Shown: piece by piece, positions 9,184-20,000 of the stretch | Numbering within the stretch: position 1 is the stretch's first letter | Layout: each line of letters begins with the position of its first letter | Source of the DNA: Defluviitaleaceae bacterium | GTDB taxonomy: Bacteria > Bacillota > Clostridia > Lachnospirales > WQUN01 | DNA length: 64,000 nucleotides | Direction of reading: 5' to 3' | Assembly (NCBI GenBank): GCA_009780315.1 | Contig: WRAH01000009.1 | Span: 13,516 to 77,515 of the forward strand | Notes under the pieces: model-generated | Databases searched by the model: none | What the model was told of the DNA's origin: nothing | What the model saw: only the letters and a program-made list of their open reading frames with translations | Program-made: the position numbers and the translations under genes

Positions 9184-10482
9184 ATGATTTGGGAAAATAT
9201 CCAACTTTCTTTTACATCACTTTTATCCAATAAAATGCGCGCCCTGCTCACCATGCTTGGTATCATCATAGGCATTATGTCCATCATCACGATTGTCATT
9301 ATTGGCGATGCCATGAGTGCATCTGTCACAGACGAACTGGCTGGTTTGGGTGCAGACAATATCACCGTGAGTGTACAAGAAAGAGGACGTACAAGCAGTG
9401 GCATGGGGGGTATGGGCATGGGGGGTGGCGGTGCAAGACAAACTGCCGCACTAACAGGGCGTACACCCCTAAGCGAAGACTTACTGTCTGACACCATGGT
9501 TGCAGACATGTTGGCATTCTTTCCAGAGGATATCCAAGGGGTATCTATCACACATGCCCTTGGTAATGCAGAAGTTCGGGACATGGACAGGACTGCGAAT
9601 ATTTCCATTTCAGGGGTAAACCCTGATTATACCTTTGCCAATAGTGTAGAGTTAATCAGCGGACGGTGGATAACCACCGAAGATTTAGAAGCTAATGCAA
9701 TGACAGCCGTGGTGTCAGACCGTCTTGTGTCCCAAATGTTCCCCCAAGGCACTCATCCAATAGGACAGCAAGTGCGGGTTTTCATGCCGTCTTCCATTGA
9801 AATTTATACGATAGTAGGCGTATACCGCCATGTGGAAAATGCCTTCATGGGTATGATGATGGCGGCAGATGAAATCCCTACAAATTTCTACATTCCACTC
9901 ACCACTGCACGCCATGGACTGCTTGAACGCAACTATACAAACATGACCGTCATAGGCGCGCCTGACACAGATATCAATGTACTCACATCTGCCTTGCAAA
10001 TGTATTTTGACATGGTTTACATCTCCAATGAATTTTGGCAGGTTCATGTGTCTAATATGACATCTATGCTAGACATGATTACCAGCACATTAGACACTAT
10101 TTCTATTGCCATCGCATTCATTGCAGGTATTTCCCTATTGGTTGGCGGGATAGGTGTCATGAATATCATGTTAGTTTCTGTTACCGAGCGCACAAGGGAA
10201 ATTGGCACACGTAAGGCACTAGGGGCAAAAAATTTCCATATTCGATTCCAGTTTGTCATGGAGTCTTTAATCGTTGCATCTATTGGCGGTATCATTGGAA
10301 TGGTGCTGGGCATATTCCTTGGCGGTGCCATTGCAAGTATCTTTGGCGCACCAATGGTTCTGTCCCCTGTCGTGCTGATAGGTAGTATGCTGTTCTCTAT
10401 GGCAATTGGTGTTTTCTTTGGTCTGTACCCTGCAAATAAAGCGGCAAAGCTAGACCCTATTGAAGCTTTGCGCTATGAGTAG
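9184..10482 (+). CDS. MacB/FtsX-family ABC transporter permease
   Basis: 432 aa. N-terminal TM segment, a large extracytoplasmic domain, and a C-terminal FtsX block (TERTREIGTRKALGAK). Confidence 0.9.
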   Translation: MIWENIQLSFTSLLSNKMRALLTMLGIIIGIMSIITIVIIGDAMSASVTDELAGLGADNITVSVQERGRTSSGMGGMGMGGGGARQTAALTGRTPLSEDLLSDTMVADMLAFFPEDIQGVSITHALGNAEVRDMDRTANISISGVNPDYTFANSVELISGRWITTEDLEANAMTAVVSDRLVSQMFPQGTHPIGQQVRVFMPSSIEIYTIVGVYRHVENAFMGMMMAADEIPTNFYIPLTTARHGLLERNYTNMTVIGAPDTDINVLTSALQMYFDMVYISNEFWQVHVSNMTSMLDMITSTLDTISIAIAFIAGISLLVGGIGVMNIMLVSVTERTREIGTRKALGAKNFHIRFQFVMESLIVASIGGIIGMVLGIFLGGAIASIFGAPMVLSPVVLIGSMLFSMAIGVFFGLYPANKAAKLDPIEALRYE

Positions 10483-10526
10483 TACAATAGACAGGAATTT
10501 AAGAATAAAACAAAGGTGGAATTACC

Positions 10527-11561
10527 ATGAACAACAAGAAAAAGAAGAAAAACACCCCTCAAGTACCAGACAGAAGATGGATGTGGCTAGGCATTGCAAC
10601 CATTGCAACGGCTATCATTGCCGCAATCACTGTAGGTCTTGTATTGTGGAATGAACATGTGCCAAACCCAACAGTGGCATCCTTTCGCGGTGCAGACATT
10701 AACGCCGCAGATGTAGAACCCCGCCTGCAAGAAGCGGAAGGCCGTGCGTGGGCAAACTTTGACGGTGAGAGTATGGTTATTGAAGACACCATTCGTCAAG
10801 AAGCCGTGCGTCTTGTGGCAATGGATATGCTTATAGCAGACTATGCCGCCCAAAATGGCATTGCCCTTTCTCCAGAGCATCTTCAAGGCATCACGCAAGA
10901 AATTAACGACATGATAGCCAATGCAGGAGGGCTTGCCAACTGGAATCAAGACATGCAAGCACATGGTTTCCGCAATCGTCAGCAAGTAGAAGCGGCTTTT
11001 CAAAACCAAGACTTGATGATGCATGTGATAAGTACAATCATGGACAGCCCAGAACTTTTTGCAGAATTTGAACCATTTATGGAGGAAGTAGAAGAAGTTG
11101 AGGAGGTTGAGGAATACATTGTTGCCGCAACACATATTTTAGCCGCTTTTGATAACTTTGACTCGGAAGAAGTCGCCCACATATACGCAGAGGAGCTTTT
11201 GCAAAGAGCCTTGGATGGTGAAGACTTTAACATGCTGGTTGCTGAATATGGTCAAGACCCAGGCATGATTGGCAGCCCAGAAGGTTATACCTTTGTAGAA
11301 GGCGCAATGGTGCCAGAATTTTACGAAGCCACAAGAGCCCTTGAAATGGGCGGTATCAGCGGATTAGTAAGAAGTGACTTTGGTTATCACATTATCATGC
11401 GGGTTGAACCGAATCTTGACGATGTTATGCGTCCATGGGGTTCTGAAGCACCTACCCTAGAAGACAGAATGTGGAGGGCAATCACTACAGGTTTTGAAGC
11501 AAAACTAATAGATTCAGACATTACTTTCCGCCCTGCATTATCAAATATTGAAGTGGATTAG
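10527..11561 (+). CDS. Membrane-anchored parvulin-type peptidyl-prolyl isomerase (PrsA-like)
   Basis: N-terminal K-rich segment plus TM anchor, and a PPIC rotamase core (ATHILAAF...GYTFVEGAMVPEF...SDFGYHIIMRVE). Confidence 0.8.
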   Translation: MNNKKKKKNTPQVPDRRWMWLGIATIATAIIAAITVGLVLWNEHVPNPTVASFRGADINAADVEPRLQEAEGRAWANFDGESMVIEDTIRQEAVRLVAMDMLIADYAAQNGIALSPEHLQGITQEINDMIANAGGLANWNQDMQAHGFRNRQQVEAAFQNQDLMMHVISTIMDSPELFAEFEPFMEEVEEVEEVEEYIVAATHILAAFDNFDSEEVAHIYAEELLQRALDGEDFNMLVAEYGQDPGMIGSPEGYTFVEGAMVPEFYEATRALEMGGISGLVRSDFGYHIIMRVEPNLDDVMRPWGSEAPTLEDRMWRAITTGFEAKLIDSDITFRPALSNIEVD

Positions 11562-11661
11562 ATAAAAATCTGCTTTAATTGTTTTTAGCGTGAATGGCTT
11601 GTAGCATTCAACCCAAAACCCTCTTGCAAATGGCAAAGGAATTATAAGGAGCGTATAACAA

Positions 11662-13101
11662 ATGAAGCAATTTATAAGAAAATCAATGGCATTATTACTG
11701 GTTTTAATTATGGCAGGAACTCATGTAGTTGTCGCAAACACCGCTCTAGAAACCCAAAGTTTTGAACTTAGTCCTATCCGAGTGACTATGGAAGCCCTTG
11801 GTGGAGAAGTAGAGTGGGACACAACAGACAGGAGCATTCTAATTACCTTATTAGATAATACATTCATACTTTTTGCAGATAGCCAAAACGCTTATGTAAA
11901 CAATGAAACTGTTACATTGCAGAATGCTATATTGATAGAAAACGGAATATCATACATGAATCCAGATGACTTTCTTTATATGCTTATGCGGGCATTTGAC
12001 TTGGAGATAGAAAGTCACCTAAGCGGCACTATGCTTGAAGCACATCTTCTTGCACCAATGCTTATGGAACTGTTTTCTGTCCCTGGCATGGTAGTTGCCA
12101 TCGTCGATTCACATGAAACGTTCACTTGGATACAGGGTTTTGGTTATGCAGATACCACGCAGGGTATTCCAGTGGAAGAGGATACAGTCTTTGGGATAGC
12201 TTCTATTTCTAAACCATTCACCGCTCTTGCAGTCATGCAACTTGTAGAGAGCGGTATTATAGACTTAGATATACCCATTGTGGAGTATCTTCCTGATTTT
12301 CATATGCAGCCATCCCCTACATTAGTTGGTGATTATAGAAATATAACTGCAAGAATGCTGCTTACGCATACATCAGGTCTTTCTGTGCAATTTCACCTCT
12401 CTAGTATTTTTGACTATGACTATTTTTCACTGGATGAACACAGCCCTGAATTTCTTAACTTATTTTTAGATAATTTGGCACAATATTATATGGAAAATCT
12501 CGAAGGTGAAGTTTATAGTTATAGTAACAATGGATACATTCTGCTGGGCATTTTGGTCGCCGCAATGACGGGAGATGACAATTTCTTTGATGATTTTGTA
12601 CGCTATACGGATGAGCATATTTTTGCACCCGCAGGGATGACCCGCTCCAGCTTCATCCTTGACGATAGTTTAATGCCATATCTGGCTAGACCATATGATG
12701 GTGCTGATACACCCGATGAGTATATATTTCCTAATGGTTTGCCCACAGGTTCAATGGTTTCTACAGCTTATGACATGGCGCGCTTTATGCATATAGTACT
12801 TGACGATGACGGAAAACTAATTGCACCCGGCACTATAAGGCTAATGATGCAACCCCATGATTTTGATTTTTCTAACGTAGGTATAGAGTATGGTCTAGGA
12901 TTTGCACGCTTTACAACCGAAGACGGATTTGTAGCCATTGGTCATAATGGACAGTGGCATCATTATAATGCGTATATGCTCTTTGACGTAGATAGCGGGC
13001 TAGGCGTTTTTGTTGCAAACAATAGCACTACGGGTTTAGAAGCTTCAAACTTTATGGCTTTTGTACTGTTGCAAATTGCCATAATAGAACAAGGCATATA
13101 A
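11662..13101 (+). CDS. Secreted serine hydrolase (beta-lactamase / class C family) with a copper-amine-oxidase-like N-terminal domain
   Basis: Signal peptide, a Cu_amine_oxidN1-like stretch (MEALGGEVEWDTTDRSILITL), the SxxK motif ASISKPF, and YSN (YSYSNNGY). Confidence 0.85.
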   Translation: MKQFIRKSMALLLVLIMAGTHVVVANTALETQSFELSPIRVTMEALGGEVEWDTTDRSILITLLDNTFILFADSQNAYVNNETVTLQNAILIENGISYMNPDDFLYMLMRAFDLEIESHLSGTMLEAHLLAPMLMELFSVPGMVVAIVDSHETFTWIQGFGYADTTQGIPVEEDTVFGIASISKPFTALAVMQLVESGIIDLDIPIVEYLPDFHMQPSPTLVGDYRNITARMLLTHTSGLSVQFHLSSIFDYDYFSLDEHSPEFLNLFLDNLAQYYMENLEGEVYSYSNNGYILLGILVAAMTGDDNFFDDFVRYTDEHIFAPAGMTRSSFILDDSLMPYLARPYDGADTPDEYIFPNGLPTGSMVSTAYDMARFMHIVLDDDGKLIAPGTIRLMMQPHDFDFSNVGIEYGLGFARFTTEDGFVAIGHNGQWHHYNAYMLFDVDSGLGVFVANNSTTGLEASNFMAFVLLQIAIIEQGI

Positions 13102-13157
13102 CCATAGTCATTTTTTCTCTTTTAACGAATAATAGTTAATCCTCATGACAAATTTAA

Positions 13158-13189
13158 AAGCCACAATTTCTATATAGAAATTGTGGCTT
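13158..13189. terminator. Terminator hairpin shared by the convergent hydrolase gene and ppdK
   Basis: Perfect hairpin aagccacaatttc-tata-tagaaattgtggctt. The T-rich flank is on the minus-strand side. Confidence 0.7.
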
Positions 13190-13222
13190 AATTATTACAA
13201 AAAGTACGCTCTAGCCTAAAAA

Positions 13223-15853
13223 TTAGTCAAACTTTTCACCTGCAAGTGCAGCTTGTGCAGCCGATAATCTAGCAATTGGCACACGGAATGGTGAACAAGA
13301 AACATAATCTAAGCCAACTTTGGCGCAAAATTCAATGCTGCTTGGGTCGCCGCCGTGTTCTCCACAAATACCAATTTTCAGGTCTTTTCTTGCTTTACGG
13401 CCTTTTTCAACGGCAATTTTCATCAGAGAGCCTACACCAGTTTGGTCAAGTCTTGCAAATGGGTCACCTTCATAGATGTTTGCATCAATATAATCTTTAA
13501 GAATGCGTCCTGCGTCATCACGAGAGATACCGTAGGTCATCTGGGTCAGGTCATTTGTACCAAAGGAGAAGAACTCTGCTTCACCAGCAATATCATCTGC
13601 AATGAGACATGCCCGTGGAATTTCAATCATTGTGCCAATAGAGTAATCCAAGGTTACGCCAGCGGCTTTAATGAGTTCGTCTGCCTTATTTTTAATCACT
13701 TCTTTTACATAGCGGGTTTCTTTTAAATCACCAACCAATGGAATCATCAGTTCTGGTTTAATGTCAAATCCCTTTGATTTTTTAACTTCCAAGGCTGATT
13801 CAATGATTGCCTGTGCTTGCATTTGTGCAATTTCTGGATAAGAAACTGACAGGCGGCAACCACGGTGTCCCATCATTGGGTTAAGCTCATGAAGAGAATC
13901 TGCTACATCTCTTACTTCTTTCACCGTTTTGCCCATGTCTTTTGCCAATGATTCAAAATCAGCGTCACTGGTTGGCATGAACTCGTGAAGTGGTGGGTCA
14001 AGTAAGCGAATGGTCACAGGTCGGCCTTCCATGACTTCATAAATGCCTGTAAAGTCTTTCTTTTGGAATGGCAACAGTTCAGCAAGAGCGGCGCGACGTT
14101 CTTCTTCTGTGTCAGAAAGAATCATCTTACGCATTTTGCCTATTCTGTCTGGTTCAAAGAACATATGCTCTGTACGGGTTAGACCAATACCTTCTGCGCC
14201 AAACTCAAGTGCTTTAAGGGCATCTTTTGGAGAGTCTGCATTGGTGCGTACACTGAGTTTATTGGGGACAGCTTCAAGCCAGCTCATGAAAGTGCCAAAG
14301 TTTCCGCTAATTTCAGCTTCAACTGTAGGAATGTCACCTTTATAGATTTTTCCTGTTGAACCATCAAGGGAAATGTAATCGCCCTCTTTAATGGTTTCAC
14401 CGCCAAGTGTGAAGTTCTTTTTACCAAATTTAATAGCTTCGCAACCAGATACACAACATGTACCCATGCCGCGGGCAACTACTGCCGCATGGCTGGTCAT
14501 TCCGCCGCGGGCAGTTAAGATACCTTTGGAAACTTCCATACCCATAATATCATCTGGAGATGTTTCAAGGCGCACAAGGATAACGCGCTCGTTACGCTCA
14601 TGGAAAGCCACAGCAGCGTCTGCGGCGGTAAAGTATACTTTACCTGCGGCAGCACCTGGGGAAGCAGGAAGGGCTGAACCAATAACTTGACCTGCTTTAA
14701 GGGCAGCTTGGTCAAACATAGGGTGAAGTAATTGGTCAAGAGAACGTGGATCTACCTGACGGATAGCTTCTTCCTTGGTAACGATACCTTCATTCACAAG
14801 GTCAACAGCAAGTTGTAAAGCGGCTTGTGCCGTACATTTACCATTTCTTGTTTGCAGGATAAAGAGTTTGCCATTTTCAATGGTAAATTCCATGTCTTGC
14901 ATATATTTATAGTGTTTTTCAAGTTTTTTAGCAATATCCAAAAACTCTTTAAAGCAAGCAGGAGAATCCTTTTCAAGCTCCATAAAGTCTTTTGGTGTAC
15001 GCGTTCCAGCTACAACGTCTTCGCCTTGCGCGTTCATTAGATATTCGCCATAAATTTTATTTTGACCACTGGATGGGTCACGGGTAAATACTACACCTGT
15101 GCCAGATGTGTCGCCCAAGTTTCCGTAAACCATTTCTTGTACGTTGACGGCTGTACCCCATTCGTAGGGAATGTCATGCATACGGCGGTAGATAAATGCA
15201 CGCTCGTTATCCCATGATTGGAATACTGCGGTGATTGCACCGTAAAGTTGCTCTTTCGCGCTGGTTGGGAAGTCTGTACCTTGGTCATCCCGATAGATTT
15301 TTTTGAAAATATCAACGATGGCTTTCCAGTCGTCAGCGGTCATGTTTTCATCTGAAGCATAACCTTTTTTCTCTTTATAATCATCAATGGCATGTTCAAA
15401 ACTATGCTTGCTTACGCCAATAACAACATCTGCAAACATCATAATGAAACGGCGGTATGAATCATATGCAAAGCGGTCGCCTGCGGCTTTTGCAAGCCCT
15501 GCGGCTACTTCATCATTGATACCCAAGTTAAGCACGGTATCCATCATACCTGGCATAGAAGCCCGCGCGCCTGAACGCACACTTACAAGCAGTGGGTTGG
15601 ACACATCACCAAATTTTTTGCCGCTTCCAGCTTCTAATTGTGTAATACAATCGTCAATTTGACTTTTAATATCATCAGACATCACTTTGCCTGATGAATT
15701 GTAAAGTGTACAAGCTTCTGTCGTAACAATAAACCCATTGGGTACAGGAATGCCCATATTGGTCATTTCTGCAAGGTTTGCACCTTTTCCGCCAAGGAGG
15801 TTACGCATGGTTGAGTTACCTTCCTTGAACATATATACATATTTATGACCCAT
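13223..15853 (-). CDS. ppdK: Pyruvate, phosphate dikinase
   Basis: 876 aa. Phospho-His loop GGMTSHAAVVARGMG and PEP-utiliser C-terminal block FFSFGTNDLTQM. Confidence 0.97.
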   Translation of the reverse strand: MGHKYVYMFKEGNSTMRNLLGGKGANLAEMTNMGIPVPNGFIVTTEACTLYNSSGKVMSDDIKSQIDDCITQLEAGSGKKFGDVSNPLLVSVRSGARASMPGMMDTVLNLGINDEVAAGLAKAAGDRFAYDSYRRFIMMFADVVIGVSKHSFEHAIDDYKEKKGYASDENMTADDWKAIVDIFKKIYRDDQGTDFPTSAKEQLYGAITAVFQSWDNERAFIYRRMHDIPYEWGTAVNVQEMVYGNLGDTSGTGVVFTRDPSSGQNKIYGEYLMNAQGEDVVAGTRTPKDFMELEKDSPACFKEFLDIAKKLEKHYKYMQDMEFTIENGKLFILQTRNGKCTAQAALQLAVDLVNEGIVTKEEAIRQVDPRSLDQLLHPMFDQAALKAGQVIGSALPASPGAAAGKVYFTAADAAVAFHERNERVILVRLETSPDDIMGMEVSKGILTARGGMTSHAAVVARGMGTCCVSGCEAIKFGKKNFTLGGETIKEGDYISLDGSTGKIYKGDIPTVEAEISGNFGTFMSWLEAVPNKLSVRTNADSPKDALKALEFGAEGIGLTRTEHMFFEPDRIGKMRKMILSDTEEERRAALAELLPFQKKDFTGIYEVMEGRPVTIRLLDPPLHEFMPTSDADFESLAKDMGKTVKEVRDVADSLHELNPMMGHRGCRLSVSYPEIAQMQAQAIIESALEVKKSKGFDIKPELMIPLVGDLKETRYVKEVIKNKADELIKAAGVTLDYSIGTMIEIPRACLIADDIAGEAEFFSFGTNDLTQMTYGISRDDAGRILKDYIDANIYEGDPFARLDQTGVGSLMKIAVEKGRKARKDLKIGICGEHGGDPSSIEFCAKVGLDYVSCSPFRVPIARLSAAQAALAGEKFD

Positions 15854-15868
15854 AGTTTTTAGGCTCCC

Positions 15869-16246
15869 TTATTTAAGCGTAACTTTCGCGCCGATTTCAG
15901 CAAGTTTTTTAACGATTTCATCAGCTTCAGCTTTGGGCACTGCTTCACGCATTACTTTGGGTGCGTTGTCTACCATATCTTTTGCTTCTTTTAAGCCAAG
16001 TCCTGTGATTTCACGCACAACTTTAATGACTTTAATTTTTTCTGAACCAACTTCTGTAAGTTCTACATCAAAGTCTGTTTTTTCTTCTGCTGCTTCGCCG
16101 CCGCCTGCTGCTGGACCAGCCATAACCATACCCGCTGCTGCGCTTACGCCAAATTCTTCTTCTGCTGCTTTTACAAGGTCGTTGAGTTCAAGAACTGAAA
16201 GTTCCTTCACTGCATCAATAATTTCTTGAATTGATAATTTTGCCAT
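15869..16246 (-). CDS. rplL: 50S ribosomal protein L7/L12
   Basis: The product [34 protein letters not shown]...[13 protein letters not shown] is a typical L7/L12. Confidence 0.97.
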   Translation of the reverse strand: MAKLSIQEIIDAVKELSVLELNDLVKAAEEEFGVSAAAGMVMAGPAAGGGEAAEEKTDFDVELTEVGSEKIKVIKVVREITGLGLKEAKDMVDNAPKVMREAVPKAEADEIVKKLAEIGAKVTLK

Positions 16247-16257
16247 TTTATAATCTC

Positions 16258-16767
16258 CTATTCTGATTTAGCTTTTTCTTCAGCCACAGCGTTAATCACG
16301 CGGGCAAAGCTGGATAATGGTGACTTGAATGAACCAAGTAGTTTGGAAATAAGCACATCTTTTGATGGAATATCTGCGATGGCTTTGGTTTTAGCGGCAT
16401 CGTAAATTTCGCCCTCAATTGCACTGGCTTTAAACTCCAAGTTAGGCATACCTTTAAGTTGCTTGGAAATTGCCGCCGCCGCCGCTGTTGCGTCATCATA
16501 TGAAAACGCTACTGCTGTTGGGCCTGCCAAATACGTCTTCAAACCTTCAAATGCTGTGCCTTCAATTGCAAAGTTTATCATTGAGTTTTTATAAACTTTG
16601 TAATCAATACCGCCAACTTTACGCATAGACTTACGCAAGGTTGTGTCTTGCTCTACAGTTAGACCGCGGGCATCTACAAGCACTACAGACTTTGTACGCT
16701 CTAACTTTTCGCGTATTTCATCGACCACGGCATGTTTTGCTTTACGATTCTTCTCCAGATTCGTCAT
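16258..16767 (-). CDS. rplJ: 50S ribosomal protein L10
   Basis: ATG 16767 ([22 protein letters not shown]) follows AAAAGGAGGTG. The track ORF extends to 16827 through leader sequence. Confidence 0.95.
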   Translation of the reverse strand: MTNLEKNRKAKHAVVDEIREKLERTKSVVLVDARGLTVEQDTTLRKSMRKVGGIDYKVYKNSMINFAIEGTAFEGLKTYLAGPTAVAFSYDDATAAAAAISKQLKGMPNLEFKASAIEGEIYDAAKTKAIADIPSKDVLISKLLGSFKSPLSSFARVINAVAEEKAKSE

Positions 16768-16827
16768 CTTTGCACCTCCTTTTAATGGGGGCTTTGTTCC
16801 CGCTCCCACAACATTGCGCAATTGCAC

Positions 16828-16980
16828 AATGGGTGGAAATTGAAGACAATATAAAAGCCCCAGACTAAGTGACCATAGTCTCGGGCTAAAATAGGCATCA
16901 TTGCATAAAGCACAATTTTATAAACACGAGCCTCGGCAGGATTTACGCACAGAAAATGCACCTGCTGTCTATGGCTTTGC
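16828..16980 (-). promoter_or_regulatory. Probable ribosomal protein L10 leader (autoregulatory 5' UTR)
   Basis: A roughly 150-nt structured 5' UTR lies between a sigma-A-type promoter and the rplJ SD. It includes the hairpin agcccgagact...agtctggggct followed by TTTTAT (plus-strand coordinates 16856-16887), as expected for the L10-leader attenuator. The Rfam motif was not verified. Confidence 0.5.
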
Positions 16981-16981
16981 C

Positions 16982-17010
16982 AGTATATACTATGTCTTAG
17001 AAAATGTCAA
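16982..17010 (-). promoter_or_regulatory. Sigma-A-type promoter of rplJ-rplL(-ppdK)
   Basis: Minus strand reads TTGACA (17010-17005), a 17-nt spacer, then TATACT (16987-16982). Confidence 0.65.
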
Positions 17011-17018
17011 GAAATATA

Positions 17019-17060
17019 TAAAAAACCCGTGTATGAAAGGGGGACTAACACACACGGGTG
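17019..17060 (-). terminator. Intrinsic terminator of the giant adhesin gene
   Basis: Minus strand reads acccgtgtgtg...cacacgggt followed by TTTTTT. Confidence 0.75.
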
Positions 17061-17070
17061 GCCTTAAAGA

Positions 17071-20000
17071 CTAAGCGATATCCGAACGCTTAATCTTACG
17101 TATATAGGTTACGGCAAACCCTGCCAGAATCAGGGCAGCCAATAAACCAGCTAATAATAGTGGAATGGTGCTGGTGATACCTGTTTGCGGCATCAGTGAC
17201 ATTACTGCGGCTACAGGCACGGGGACAGATGAAGGCATTGCCGCCGCTAGTGGAACATTATCTTCGTCAAATATCCACGTTTCTTCATCCTCATTCCATT
17301 CCCATGCGCCTTGTGGTATTCCAGTATCGTCAAATTCTACCCACATGCCGTCGTCATTGTTTACAACTTCATTGCCTACAACAGATGGAGTTGGTGGTTC
17401 TGGGCGGGTTGGAATGGTTGGACGGAATCCTCCGTCTAAATTACCGCCCCCTCCGCCTAAAATCGGCGGGCTGGTTGGTGGCGTGACATTAGGCGGTATA
17501 TTAGGTTCGCCTATGATTCCAGTAGAGCTGTTTCCCCATACTGCAAAGTAGTTTGTATCATTACTTGGCATGGCTACACTTGGAGTAACGACTGCACTTG
17601 GAGGCAATACAGAACCTACTACAAGTACTGATGTGTCTGTTGCCCAACCTAAGAAGTCATAAGTTGCGACAGTTCCCTCGTTCCAAATTAGTGCTGTACC
17701 TGCTTCTACAAGGGTAATACCTGTTGGTGTTTGCCCGACTGGTACAAAACTTGGCGGGAAGTTGCCCACGGTCAAGTTAAATGAAAGGGGTACACCTACA
17801 TGGGTGCCATTGCCCCAAAGTGCAGTGTATACAACTGCATCATTCGGCATAGTGAAGCTATGCCCTACTCCACGCACAGGTACGGCGGTAAAGTCGTTGA
17901 TGTTTGTGCCTATGGCAGGCAAGTCGCTTCCCCGTACCCATCCCATAAACATGAAGCCTTCAGGGGCTATACCCTCGTCTAGGGTTACTGTCGAACCTAG
18001 TACAGTTGCTCCACTTTCGGTCTGGTCTACATGAGGGCCAATATTGTCTGGCAAGTTATTGATAAAAAGATTGTAGTTTAATGGTTTACCAACAATCACA
18101 CCATTGCCCCAAAGTGCAGTGTAGGTTATCACTTCGTTTGGCATAGTGAAACTGCGTGTCGGGTACACTGTTCCTGTAAAATCATTGATATCAGAACCTA
18201 GTGCAGGAAGTACATCTCCCCGTACCCAGCCCATGAAAATGAAATCAACGGGATGGATACCCTCCTCAAGATTTACGTGAGTACCCACTATAACGCCTTC
18301 ACTTTTGGTTTGGTTTACGTGGGGGTCAATAGTATTTGGCAGGTTGTTGATAATAAGGTTATAATCTGTTGGCACGCCCACGAATGTACCGTCACCCCAA
18401 ATGGCAGTGTAGGTCAAATCTTCGTTTGGCATGATGAAATGGCGTGTTGGATAATACACTGTTCCTGCAAAACTGCTCAAGTCAGAACCTAATGCAGGTA
18501 ATGTTGCACCCCGTACCCAGCCCATAAATACAAAGTTGGTTGGGGCTGTGCCTTCTGCTAAGATGACATCAACACCGACTGCCACACTGCCTGTTGCTGT
18601 TTGACCAACATGTGGCCCAATGTTGTTTGGCAGATTATCAATGGTTAAGTTATCGTTGATTGGCACACCTACATAAGTGCCGTCACCCCAAATAGCGGTG
18701 TACGTGATGGCTTCATTTGGCATGGTGAAAGTACGTGTTGGGTAGTACACTGTTCCTGCAAAACTACTCAAGTCAGAACCTAATGCAGGCAGTGTTGCAC
18801 CCCTTACCCATCCCATAAATACAAAGTCAGCTGGGGCTGTACCTTCTGCTAAGGTGATATCCGTGCTTACAACCACACTGCCTGTTGCTGTTTGACCAAC
18901 ATGTGGCCCAATATTGTTTGGCAGATTGTTAATGGTTAAATTATCATTGGTTGGCAGACCTACATAAGTGCCGTCGCCCCAAATGGCGGTGTAAGTTAAT
19001 GATTCATTTGGCATGGTGAAGGTACGTGTTAGATATATCGTTCCTGCAAAACTACTCAAGTCAGAACCTAATGCAGGCAGTGTTGCACCCCTTACCCATC
19101 CCATAAATACAAAGTTGATTGGGTTTGTGCCTTGTACCAAAGTGATTGTATCCCCTGCATTCATTATTCCGCTTGGGGTTTGCCCTGATGGTATGCCTAT
19201 GGCATTTGGCAAATTATTGATTGTTAAGTTAAATGTGTCTGGTGTAAATATCCAATATCCTGTAAATGCAACGTCATGGTTTGGCATGATGAATGGTGAG
19301 CTTGTAATGGTTGCATTGCTCCATCCACTAAACGTCCATGTGCCTTGCACGCCGACTGTATTTGTATTAGATGTAGTGATTGGTGACGCGGCAATGACTA
19401 CGCCTGTTGTGCCGGCATTTAAAGTGGTTAGTGCTGGTGGCATACCAGTAACCACGGCTGGCTCTACCCCTGTGACTGTATAGGTCACGTCAAATGTGTC
19501 TGGTGTAAATGTCCAGTAACCTGTAAACGCAACATTGTTGTTTGGCATGGTAAATGGTGAACTGGATACGGTTGCATTAAACCAGCCGCTGAATGTCCAT
19601 GCACCTTGGACACCTGCCCCATTGGTGGTAGATGTGGTGGTTGGGCTTGGGGCGATAACCACGCCTGTTGTCCCTGCCGCTACTGATGTTGACGCAGCTG
19701 GCATGTTGGCAACTACAGACGGTTCAATGCCTGTAACTGTGTAGGTCACGTTAAATTGCGCAGGGGTAAATGTCCATGTGCCTGTAAAAGTTACATTACT
19801 GTTTGGCATGGTAAATGGTGATGTGGTTATGGTTGGGTGATTCCAACCATCAAATGTCCATGTGCCCATTACACCTGCGGCATTGGTGAGTGATGTGGTT
19901 GTTGGATAGGGTGCTATGGTTAAACCTGCTGTACCTGCGGTGGTGGGTGTTGCCGCTGGCGGCATATTGTTTTCAATCGCAGGTCTAACACCTATCACTT

